IMG/VR virus record: IMGVR_UViG_3300046838_000032
Location: 1-59,165 of that record
Direction: 5' to 3' (one strand)
Length of the DNA stretch: 59,165 nt
Origin: a virus
The notes beneath the pieces were generated by a model, which worked only from the letters and a program-made list of their open reading frames with translations, ran no database searches and was not told the DNA's origin. The first letter of the stretch is position 1. Each line of letters starts with the position of its first letter. A program made the position numbers and the translations under genes. Of the stretch, positions 8,007 to 15,412 are shown piece by piece.

Positions 8007-9461
8007 GTGCCCATCTGGCGGTCTGATAACCGCCAGCCGCCGTACCAACCTCAACCGCCGCGTAGGCAGGTTCCGTTCGTTGCGGGGGCGACAACGGCCT
8101 ATCGCGATGCTACGGCGCGTATCCGGGTCGCTGTCCTTGCGTTCAAGGATGCCACGGTTCGAGTCAGAGTTGGGATCACCAACTACAAAGACGCGACGGC
8201 TCGAGTTCGTGTCGGCATCACGAACTGGAAAGACGCGACGGTCCGTGCTCGCGTTGCTGCAACAGCCTACAAAGACGCAACCGCGAGAATCAGGGCAGCG
8301 GCTACCGCCTACAAAGACGCTCGTGTCCGCATCTTCCCTGCGATTCTCGGACTCAAGGATGCCACGGTCCGAGCGCGCGTCGCGGCGACAGCCTACAAGG
8401 ACGCTCGGGTCCGGGTCTATCCGGCCATCTTGGCGTACCGCGATGCGACCGTCAGACTTAGGGCGGCCGCGACGGCATGGAAAGACGCCACTGCTAGAGT
8501 CCGCGTTGCTGCGCTGGCATTCAAGGATGCCACGGTCAGGCTCAATGTTGCAGGTGCCAGTTACAAGGACGCGACCGTCAGGGTTCGCGCCGCGGTACGT
8601 GCCTACAAAGACGCGACCGTTCGAGTCTACGCAGCCATCCTTGGGTTCAAGGATGCGACAGCCCGCATTCGAGTTAGTGCGACTGCATGGCGCGACGCCA
8701 CAGCGCGCGCTCGTGTTGCGGCCACGGCATACCGCGATGCAACCGCTCGGATCTATCCGGCGATCAAGGCGTACCGCGATGCCACGGTCAGGATTCGAGC
8801 AGCGGCTACGGCGTGGAAGGACGCGACTGCTCGGGTTCGCGTTGCAGCTCTCGCGTTCAAAGACGCGACGGTCAGGATCTCCGTCCTTGCGCCAGGCGCC
8901 GGCTATAAGGATGCGAGTTGGCGAGTCAGGGTCGCTGTTCGAGCCTACAAGGATGCGACGGTTCGCATCTACGCGGCGATCAAGAACTACAAAGACGCCA
9001 CGGCAAGAGTCCGTGTTGCAGCGACGAACTGGCGCGATGCTGTCGCTCGGGTTCGGGTTGCGGCCACGGCATACAAGGACTCAACGGTCCGCGCGCGCGT
9101 CGGCATCCTTGCTTACCAGAATGCGACGGTTCGCATTCGCACCGTCATCGGCAACTGGAAGGATGCCACTGCCAGAGTAAGGGTAGCCGCGACGACATAC
9201 CGCGATGCGACCTCGCGCGTCTACGTCGGCATCCGAGCGTTCAAGGATGCCACGGTTCGCATCCGCGTTCAGCAGGCCGGATTCTTCAAGGACGTAACAG
9301 TCAGGTTCAGGATTGCGGCGACCACGAACCGAGACTCGACGATCCGTATCTTCGTCACGGCGACGCCTCAGAGAGACGCACGGATTACGGCTGGTGAGCC
9401 GTTCTCGCATTGGACACTAGGCGAGCCATTCCAGCACTGGACTGTCGGCCTGCCGGCCTGA
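8007..9461 (+). CDS. Repeat protein with about thirty tandem 14-aa units (x-[YWF]-[KR]-D-A-T-[VA]-R-[VI]-R-[VA]-A-A-T), putative fibre shaft
   Basis: 484 aa. The GTG start follows GAGGAG. The periodic sequence is visible directly. The C-terminus carries a duplicated GEPFxHWTxG. Confidence 0.75.
   Translation: MPIWRSDNRQPPYQPQPPRRQVPFVAGATTAYRDATARIRVAVLAFKDATVRVRVGITNYKDATARVRVGITNWKDATVRARVAATAYKDATARIRAAATAYKDARVRIFPAILGLKDATVRARVAATAYKDARVRVYPAILAYRDATVRLRAAATAWKDATARVRVAALAFKDATVRLNVAGASYKDATVRVRAAVRAYKDATVRVYAAILGFKDATARIRVSATAWRDATARARVAATAYRDATARIYPAIKAYRDATVRIRAAATAWKDATARVRVAALAFKDATVRISVLAPGAGYKDASWRVRVAVRAYKDATVRIYAAIKNYKDATARVRVAATNWRDAVARVRVAATAYKDSTVRARVGILAYQNATVRIRTVIGNWKDATARVRVAATTYRDATSRVYVGIRAFKDATVRIRVQQAGFFKDVTVRFRIAATTNRDSTIRIFVTATPQRDARITAGEPFSHWTLGEPFQHWTVGLPA
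8097..9365 (+). repeat. Coding tandem repeat with a 42-nt period, about 30 copies, and an 8-unit higher-order repeat
   Basis: Counted from the translation. Units 9-16 parallel units 17-24. Unit lengths are 13-17 aa at a few junctions. Confidence 0.85.
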
Positions 9462-9473
9462 AAGGAGTAACCG

Positions 9474-9794
9474 TTGCCGGTTCTTACGATCTACTCGAGC
9501 AGCACTCAGTACGTTCTCGTGCCGGTCGTCTTCGAGGTCAATGGTGCCGCGGCCGATCCGACCGCTGACACGGTCCAGATGGCATTTATCACGCCTGGCA
9601 CAGACCCCATCAGTGGCGACTTCAAGTCGGCGACGTGGGAGAACACGGGCACCGATACCTACGCGGCTCGCTGTCTTGTCGGGCCGTCCGGCGGCGCGAC
9701 GACGCTTAGCGCCGGCTCGTGGTCGGTGGTATTGAAGGTGACAGACAACCCAGAGATCCCCGTGCTAGACGCTGGGTTCATTCGTGTGGTCTGA
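9474..9794 (+). CDS. Hypothetical protein
   Basis: 106-aa ORF with a TTG start after AAAGGAG. Confidence 0.55.
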   Translation: MPVLTIYSSSTQYVLVPVVFEVNGAAADPTADTVQMAFITPGTDPISGDFKSATWENTGTDTYAARCLVGPSGGATTLSAGSWSVVLKVTDNPEIPVLDAGFIRVV

Positions 9795-9837
9795 CTCTGG
9801 ATGGAGGTCCAGTATGCGCAGTGAGGCGGCTTGTTGA

Positions 9838-10080
9838 GTGGGAGATCTGGCCCCGCTGGCGAACATTGGAGCTGTTGGGCTCATCCTTGGCTACGTCCTG
9901 TGGCAGATATCGCCGCGTCTCGAGCGGATCGAGCGCGCGATCGATATGAACTCGCGGAGTTTGCTGCTCGACATCGTCTCGAGGACCGATGTGAGCGACG
10001 TCATGAAAGACCAGGCGCGCGCCATGATCCGCCAGATAGAAACGAAGCATGGCCTAAAACCGCAGGGCGGAGACTTATGA
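9838..10080 (+). CDS. Small single-TM protein, holin-like (YvrJ-like N-terminus)
   Basis: 80 aa. It has a TM segment LAPLANIGAVGLILGYVLWQI followed by a charged tail, and it is the first gene of the lysis region. Confidence 0.45.
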   Translation: MGDLAPLANIGAVGLILGYVLWQISPRLERIERAIDMNSRSLLLDIVSRTDVSDVMKDQARAMIRQIETKHGLKPQGGDL

Positions 10081-10655
10081 CGCAACTTGGCGACACTGAT
10101 TCGCACTGGCAAGAGTCATCTAGCCGGCCAGAGGGCGTCACCCGTCGATTCATCATCGCAATGGCGGTGATCGTTGCGGCGCTGATCTTGCTCGCCGCTC
10201 CGCTCTTGCAATTCATGCTGGCAGTCCTTGGGCCGATCCCGCTCACCTATGTGAACGTCCCTTTTCCGGTGTGCTCACCGCGGTCGCAAACTGTCTGCAC
10301 GCCGCTGCAACCGGGCGAATCGTTCCAGCCCGGCGACGTGGTGCCGATCCTTGCGACTCGATGCATCAACAATCTTGCGGGTGGTGATTCGCTGTTCCCC
10401 TATCACGTCGATCGCAACCTCGTGAGCGCGTCATCGAACGTGCGGGTGATCCTCCCGGACTTTGGCTCAGCCGGTCCGAATGGTTGTGTGACGAGCGTGT
10501 CTGTTGCCAATCAGGTGCCTATCGCCGTGGCGCCTGGTGAGTATTACCTAGAGGGCATCTCGACGGCGTACGGCCGGTTCAGGACGGTCAACGCCTATTG
10601 GCGTACACAGGTGTTCCCTGTGACCAAACCACAGCCACCGGGCGGAGACGAATAG
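10077..10655 (+). CDS. Membrane-anchored protein with an extracytoplasmic domain
   Basis: ATG 10077 overlaps the previous stop (ATGA). The TM segment is FIIAMAVIVAALILLAAPLL. Confidence 0.5.
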   Translation: MTQLGDTDSHWQESSSRPEGVTRRFIIAMAVIVAALILLAAPLLQFMLAVLGPIPLTYVNVPFPVCSPRSQTVCTPLQPGESFQPGDVVPILATRCINNLAGGDSLFPYHVDRNLVSASSNVRVILPDFGSAGPNGCVTSVSVANQVPIAVAPGEYYLEGISTAYGRFRTVNAYWRTQVFPVTKPQPPGGDE

Positions 10656-11464
10656 TGGACAGTTTGGATCTGAGCAACTTCACGTCGCACTTCACGACCG
10701 CGCACGTCGCGCAGTGGAAAGCTGAGGGCATCGGCCTCGTGGTCGTGCAGCTCATCGCCGGCGTGCGGCTCAGCGGTGACGACTGCGCGACGCAGATCAG
10801 GACGTGCCTCGACGGTGGCGTAGCGGTCGACTGCTACCTGTTCCCCGGTAACGACGGATTGGGTATGACGACGAACCAGCGGCTCGCGCTCGTGCCGCAG
10901 CCGGCGCGTGTCCGCATCCGTCAGTTGTGGGTCGACATCGAGCCGGCCAGCACAAATCCGAACCAGCCCGCGGTCAACAAGGCGCATGCCGATTGCGACG
11001 CGTGGGCCCCGTGGCAGACGACTGGCGACTACTCGGCGTTGTGGGTTGCATCAAAGATGGGCTGGCTTCCGTGGCCTTGGCCGGCGCGCAAGCAGTGGCT
11101 CGTCAACGCCACGAACGTGCCGAATCTCGGTGGCGGATTCTCGGCGACGAACAACCATGTGATGACTCAGTACGCGATGGATGTGACTGTCGCAGGCGTG
11201 TCTGGAATGGACAGATCGCGCTTATCCGCGAGTGAGGAACTCGCCGTAACTCAATGGTTAGGAGGCCCAATGGCAATCACGGTAGGGGAAGGAATGGCGA
11301 ACCAGATGGCCGCGGCAGGTGACGAGCCGCTGTGCGACCACGTCAACTATGAACAGGAAGACTCGGACGGCAAGGTGTACCACGTCGAACGCTGCCAAGG
11401 TACGAAGGGCATGTACATCAGCTCGAACTCGAGCGGTTCATGGGTCAACGTGGGGCCGGTCTGA
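10655..11464 (+). CDS. Endolysin, GH25/DUF1906-like TIM-barrel muramidase fold
   Basis: GTG 10655 overlaps the previous TAG. Motifs are VDSLDLS...WKAEGIGLVVVQ...LWVDIEPA...TQYAMDV..GVSGMDRS. It is flanked by small membrane proteins. Confidence 0.55.
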   Translation: MDSLDLSNFTSHFTTAHVAQWKAEGIGLVVVQLIAGVRLSGDDCATQIRTCLDGGVAVDCYLFPGNDGLGMTTNQRLALVPQPARVRIRQLWVDIEPASTNPNQPAVNKAHADCDAWAPWQTTGDYSALWVASKMGWLPWPWPARKQWLVNATNVPNLGGGFSATNNHVMTQYAMDVTVAGVSGMDRSRLSASEELAVTQWLGGPMAITVGEGMANQMAAAGDEPLCDHVNYEQEDSDGKVYHVERCQGTKGMYISSNSSGSWVNVGPV

Positions 11465-11646
11465 TGTCAGCGATTGGACTACTCATCGTGGGCGCGGTGC
11501 TCGTGATCTTGTCCTACTACCTGCCCGCCGAGCCGCCGCCGGTGAAGATGATCGTGAGCGCGGCTGGCTGGATCTGTATCGTCGTTGGCGTGATCCTGCT
11601 CGTGGCGTACCTGCTCGGGCTACCGATTGCGCTGGGGGCTCACTAG
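11464..11646 (+). CDS. Two-TM small membrane protein, holin candidate
   Basis: 60 aa. The ATG overlaps the endolysin stop (TGATG). Two hydrophobic helices are present. Confidence 0.55.
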   Translation: MSAIGLLIVGAVLVILSYYLPAEPPPVKMIVSAAGWICIVVGVILLVAYLLGLPIALGAH

Positions 11647-11925
11647 GTGGACGCGCGGACTCAGAGGACGCTGCTCAGACTGGTGGCGTTGCTGGTGATC
11701 CTTGGCGTCGCTATCGTCATGGTCACTTTTGTGCATAACGATGACTTCCGTGTGCTCGGTGTTGGGCTGGCAACTGCCGCAGTTTTGAGCATCGAGGAAT
11801 GGATCAGGAACAGCCGAGACACGACCGCATCGCCGACCGTGGCCGGCGTGAATGCTGCACTTCAGGCGAATGCATCGCTCGTGGCGCGTCCGTCAGTGTC
11901 ACCCAAGGACACACCAGTTCAGTAG
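11647..11925 (+). CDS. Two-TM membrane protein (holin/antiholin candidate)
   Basis: 92 aa. The GTG start immediately follows the previous TAG. Hydrophobic segments are LLRLVALLVILGVAIVMV and LGVGLATAAVL. Confidence 0.5.
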   Translation: MDARTQRTLLRLVALLVILGVAIVMVTFVHNDDFRVLGVGLATAAVLSIEEWIRNSRDTTASPTVAGVNAALQANASLVARPSVSPKDTPVQ

Positions 11926-11945
11926 ATTTCATCGCAGCGAAGAAT

Positions 11946-11990
11946 GCCCCGCGACTGGCTACGGCCGGCGCGGGGCTTGTTTTCGTGTTC
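11946..11990. terminator. Bidirectional rho-independent terminator between convergent blocks
   Basis: GCCCCGCG (11946-53) pairs with CGCGGGGC (11969-76), followed by TTGTTTTCGTGTTC. It lies between the + stop at 11925 and the - stop at 11990. Confidence 0.65.
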
Positions 11991-12322
11991 TAGTCAGAAC
12001 TAAGGGCCAGATCGTCGGCGTCACAATCGTCTTCGATGCCAACCGCGAAGGCTGCAAGGGACGCATTCAACTGTGCGTTCCACGCCTCGCGACGCGGCGA
12101 GCCGATTGGCCCTAGATAGTCGGGGTCCAACTCAAGCACCTGTTCGACAGTCTCGGAGTCAGCATTGACGGCTACTTCGACCTCGTATCGACCGAGTAGC
12201 ACTTGCAAGGCAACTCGCAAGCCGCGCGGGCAGACGCGGGTGTGGATGAATGGATCGTGGATAGACCTCGTGGAAAACGGTCGGCCATTTTCCGACACGC
12301 GAACCGAGTAGTGATCGTCCAT
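11990..12322 (-). CDS. Hypothetical acidic protein
   Basis: 110 aa. ATG 12322 is preceded by GGAG, 5 nt upstream. Confidence 0.55.
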   Translation of the reverse strand: MDDHYSVRVSENGRPFSTRSIHDPFIHTRVCPRGLRVALQVLLGRYEVEVAVNADSETVEQVLELDPDYLGPIGSPRREAWNAQLNASLAAFAVGIEDDCDADDLALSSD

Positions 12323-12333
12323 CTTGCTCCATA

Positions 12334-12352
12334 TAACGGCACTTATCCTCTA
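12334..12352 (-). repeat. Copy 1 of the 19-nt motif TAGAGGATAAGTGCCGTTA (minus-strand reading)
   Basis: The plus strand reads TAACGGCACTTATCCTCTA. It is identical to 12436-12454 and lies 12 nt upstream of the ATG at 12322. Confidence 0.85.
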
Positions 12353-12360
12353 GCAAACAC

Positions 12361-12389
12361 AAAGGGGGCCTCGTCAAGAGGCCCCCTTT
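12361..12389 (-). terminator. Perfect 12-bp hairpin (AAAGGGGGCCTC/GAGGCCCCCTTT), terminator-like on both strands
   Basis: Read directly from the sequence. On the minus strand it is followed by TTTGTGTTTG. Confidence 0.6.
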
Positions 12390-12435
12390 CGTTCTGCGAG
12401 GTTGGCAGCCCCACAGGCGGGTGACGTTCCAATTC

Positions 12436-12454
12436 TAACGGCACTTATCCTCTA
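12436..12454 (-). repeat. Copy 2 of the 19-nt motif, overlapping the stop of gene 12445-12654
   Basis: Identical 19-mer. About 45 nt downstream on the minus strand is the 12361-12389 hairpin. Confidence 0.85.
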
Positions 12455-12654
12455 CCAAGCGCCTTCGGCTTCCGTCCTTGCCACTGTCGATGCCCGCATG
12501 GCTCGGCGTAGACGCAGGGGCGCGCCTCGCGGTAGGACTCAACCGTCGCCTCGCAGACCAAGCATTCACGCGATTCCCCGCGCATCACCTTGGCGAGTTT
12601 TTCGAGATATTCGACTATGGCGCGCGCGTCTTCAGGGTCAAGTTTGGTATTCAT
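12445..12654 (-). CDS. Hypothetical small Cys-containing protein
   Basis: 69 aa from ATG 12654 (MNTKLDPEDARAIVEYLEK...). The longer ORF annotation overlaps the methylase gene. Confidence 0.5.
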   Translation of the reverse strand: MNTKLDPEDARAIVEYLEKLAKVMRGESRECLVCEATVESYREARPCVYAEPCGHRQWQGRKPKALGRG

Positions 12655-12656
12655 GT

Positions 12657-12671
12657 CGGCACTTATCTCTA
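12657..12671 (-). repeat. Copy 3 (1-nt deletion variant) of the motif: TAGAGATAAGTGCCG
   Basis: It fills the 17-nt gap between the methylase stop (12672) and the ATG at 12654. Confidence 0.75.
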
Positions 12672-13211
12672 CTAAGCGGCCCAGAGCTGATGCTGCCAGC
12701 GGTCCCAGGAATGAGAGACGGCGCCTGATCCGGGGAACAGATCGACGAGCGTGTCGCCCTGTTTCAGGTTGAGCACTTGGAACAGCCAGAAGCAGAATGT
12801 CTCGGGCTTCTGTCCTTTCGTCTGGACTCGGCTTTGCGAGCGCATGACGGCGTTGGCGCGGACCCAATCGCGAATAGTGTCTTGCTTACGCGTACGCTTG
12901 CGGCCACCTCGCCAAATGACCGGCTCCCAGGCGTAGCCGACGCCGACGCCTGGCTTCATGACAAACCAGTCTTTGACCCAGACTCCGACGCGAACGTCGC
13001 TAGCGCCGAAGGCGTGACAAGTGTTGAGTAGCGTGGGCAGTGTTGGTGCGCTCAACGAGAGCGCCCAGCCATCGGGATACTCAGTCACGAGTCGACGCAC
13101 CAGCCCGATGTGGTCGACCTCGCCGGCATAGTCGGGGTGGTCGCCGTAGATAGCCTTGGCGCGCCCGATGTAGGGAGGATCGGCGTAGGCCACGGTCAGC
13201 GGTTCTGGCAC
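12672..13211 (-). CDS. DNA N6-adenine methyltransferase (DPPY motif, beta-type order)
   Basis: N-terminal AYADPPYIG and C-terminal KPETFCFWL...LVDLFPGSGA (FxGxG). GTG start. Confidence 0.8.
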   Translation of the reverse strand: MPEPLTVAYADPPYIGRAKAIYGDHPDYAGEVDHIGLVRRLVTEYPDGWALSLSAPTLPTLLNTCHAFGASDVRVGVWVKDWFVMKPGVGVGYAWEPVIWRGGRKRTRKQDTIRDWVRANAVMRSQSRVQTKGQKPETFCFWLFQVLNLKQGDTLVDLFPGSGAVSHSWDRWQHQLWAA

Positions 13212-13266
13212 AACAAGCGAAATTTAAGCACTTCACGAGCGCCAGAACTAGGGGCAGGTTTGGTAG

Positions 13267-13491
13267 CTATAACCATCCGCCAAGAGCTTCCTGAGCCCAG
13301 CGGACGTACTGGTCAGCGTGCGCTGAGTCGTCTGCGATCTTGAACAGTGCCGCCCGTAGTCGTTCGACCTCGGCCTCAAGCACCGCGATGTTGTCATCCA
13401 GCCGCTCGGCCTCGGCGCGACAGCCGATGTGCACGTCGCTGGTTACGTCGGCATTGATCACGCCAGCTTCCCAGACTGGCTCGCTAGACAT
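13267..13491 (-). CDS. Hypothetical coiled-coil protein
   Basis: 74-aa ORF containing LDDNIAVLEAEVERLRAALFKI. Confidence 0.5.
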   Translation of the reverse strand: MSSEPVWEAGVINADVTSDVHIGCRAEAERLDDNIAVLEAEVERLRAALFKIADDSAHADQYVRWAQEALGGWL

Positions 13492-13645
13492 TCGTGATCC
13501 AGTCAGGCGCTTTGTGAATGCCGCTCACTTTGCCGCAGCCGGCGCACCTGAACCACACGAGTAATCGGCCGCCGGCCCAGTGCGTCTCGATGTCACCCTC
13601 GTTCCAGCCGAGTCGGTGAGCTAGCCAGTGCCTAATCGTCAGCAT
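13484..13645 (-). CDS. Small zinc-ribbon-like protein
   Basis: 53 aa from ATG 13645 (MLTIRHWLAHRLGWNEG...FRCAGCGK). The start choice is uncertain. Confidence 0.4.
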   Translation of the reverse strand: MLTIRHWLAHRLGWNEGDIETHWAGGRLLVWFRCAGCGKVSGIHKAPDWITNV

Positions 13646-13841
13646 CGTGTTCGATCCACCCTTCCCCATGGCAACACGGGCACGTGCGGCGTAGCGACCG
13701 TCGCGGTGTCTCGTCATAGACGAAACCATGCACGTCGATCAAGTGCTGCTTTATCTCAGCGAGCGTATGACGTATGCCGTCATGTGCATCTACGTTGTGG
13801 CACGCAGGCCCCGCGAAATCAGGCCGAATGTAAACACTCAT
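13632..13841 (-). CDS. Hypothetical Cys/His-rich small protein
   Basis: 69-aa ORF containing CPCCHGEGW. Confidence 0.5.
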   Translation of the reverse strand: MSVYIRPDFAGPACHNVDAHDGIRHTLAEIKQHLIDVHGFVYDETPRRSLRRTCPCCHGEGWIEHDADD

Positions 13842-13856
13842 GTCTAGCTTGTCACC

Positions 13857-15410
13857 TTAGTCAGCCATCGCGTGCCCACGGGTCCGGTGCATGTTCTTGA
13901 CGTTCTGCGCGCGCGTCATTGGCTCTCCATGCCCAGGATAAACACAGTGCCGCGGACACGTTCTACGATGATCCCAATCCATGATTCTGCCTGTCTCGTC
14001 CACAGGAAACGGCCTACCATTGATCACTTCCCAGACCACCTGATGCGCTGGCCGGTTGTTCGCTGGCCTACCATCGCCATACCCCCAGTACACGACGCCG
14101 TACCCGTCTTTGTTCTTCGTCCCCTTCCACAACCAGCACTCGCCTTGCGTCCGGTCGATCCTATCTAGCAACTCTTGCACCCGCTTCTCAGGCATCGGCA
14201 GCGCTGGCACTACTACCTCTGACCTGATCTCACGAACTATCGTCCTACGCCTCTTATACGACCCCTCTGCTGGTACTCCGTACTCCGTGGGATCGGGCAG
14301 GACCAACTCTCGCCGCTGGTACTTCGGCAGCCGCAACTTTGTGCGCGTCGGGCGATGCTCAGGTGAGCGTACCCAGGCGTAACCAGTCGGCATGTTCTCG
14401 AGTTGCACGTCTGCCGGCTCGATGCGCAAGTGCTCCGCAGCGAATGCAACCTCGCGCTTTGACTCTTGCGCGAAGCTCACCCACACCTTGACGTTGTTAA
14501 CGACTTCCTCAGGAAGCTTCGCCATGTTCTGCGTCAACACCACGAGCGGACAGCCACGGTCGCGCCCAGCTTGCGCGAGCGCGTTCATCTCTACCTGACG
14601 CGAACCGGCCTGTCCGGCTTCCTCGACGACAAGCAGGAAGTTGCCAACCTCTTGTGCAACACGGCGAGCTTGGACGAGCGCGATGCCACCGATGATCGGT
14701 GCGTCCTCTGGTGACAAGAATCGGTTCGGCAGGATCAACACTTTCTCGTTGTTACGCATGCATTCAGACAGATCCATGTCTGCGCCGAGCGATGGTCCGA
14801 GTGACATGGCGATGCGCTCGAAACGATTAGCCCATGTGCGGCATGCGCGCGTGTCGTCTGGATTGGCGCCGTTCCGTTTGAGAGCTGACACGAGCGCGTC
14901 GAGTGTGCGCGGCTGTTGTGCCTCGTCCAGATCGTCGAGCGCGTGCCATAGGCGCATCTGTGCGAGTCCACGGTTGTAGCCGGTGTCTGCATCGCTGCGC
15001 GCAAAGCCAGCGGTTAGCGCTTCGCTGACGACCTGTGCGCTGCCAGAGAGAATGTCCCAGCCGATGTCGCCACCGGGTTGCCAGATCGTCCATCCCTGTG
15101 ACTCGAACAGGTCACGGATCGGCCGGCTGTTGTCGAATGCCACGACGAGCGCGCGCGGTACGGCTTGCAGTAACGGCACAACGGCCGTGCTTTTGCCCGT
15201 GCCGGACATGCCCGCAACGACAGCATGGATCGTGTGCGATCCGCCGCGCAGATCAACTGTGAGCCTGCCGAGTTTCCACGGGATGCGCGGGCCCGGACGC
15301 AGTATGCGCCGCGTGACGATGAGCGTCAGCAACAGCGCGAGCAGCACTGGCAGCAGCGGGTTGACGTGCTCAAACGTCGGATGCTCGAACGCGCGCGACA
15401 GCGACTGCAC
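13857..15410 (-). CDS. VirD4/TraG-type type IV coupling ATPase fused to a C-terminal HNH endonuclease domain
   Basis: N-terminal TM segment. Walker A VAGMSGTGKST and Walker B-like FLLVVEEAGQ. The C-terminus reads ECWLWKG..DGYG...AHQVVWE...DHRRTCPRHCVYPGH...QNVKN. The GTG start is 2 nt after the VirB4-like stop. Confidence 0.72.
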   Translation of the reverse strand: MQSLSRAFEHPTFEHVNPLLPVLLALLLTLIVTRRILRPGPRIPWKLGRLTVDLRGGSHTIHAVVAGMSGTGKSTAVVPLLQAVPRALVVAFDNSRPIRDLFESQGWTIWQPGGDIGWDILSGSAQVVSEALTAGFARSDADTGYNRGLAQMRLWHALDDLDEAQQPRTLDALVSALKRNGANPDDTRACRTWANRFERIAMSLGPSLGADMDLSECMRNNEKVLILPNRFLSPEDAPIIGGIALVQARRVAQEVGNFLLVVEEAGQAGSRQVEMNALAQAGRDRGCPLVVLTQNMAKLPEEVVNNVKVWVSFAQESKREVAFAAEHLRIEPADVQLENMPTGYAWVRSPEHRPTRTKLRLPKYQRRELVLPDPTEYGVPAEGSYKRRRTIVREIRSEVVVPALPMPEKRVQELLDRIDRTQGECWLWKGTKNKDGYGVVYWGYGDGRPANNRPAHQVVWEVINGRPFPVDETGRIMDWDHRRTCPRHCVYPGHGEPMTRAQNVKNMHRTRGHAMAD

Positions 15411-15412
15411 GG

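Noticed and set aside
8097-9365. The regular 42-nt repeats could be a CRISPR-like array.
   Set aside because: There are no unique spacers. Every unit is a diverged copy in one open reading frame encoding a consistent 14-aa motif. It is a coding tandem repeat.
8080-9410. Long alternative-frame and antisense ORFs (8080-9180, 8687-8908, 8918-9397, 9081-9410) inside the repeat gene.
   Set aside because: They are by-products of a stop-free 42-nt periodic sequence. Their translations are low-complexity Arg/Ser strings. Only frame 8007-9461 has an RBS and fits the gene packing.
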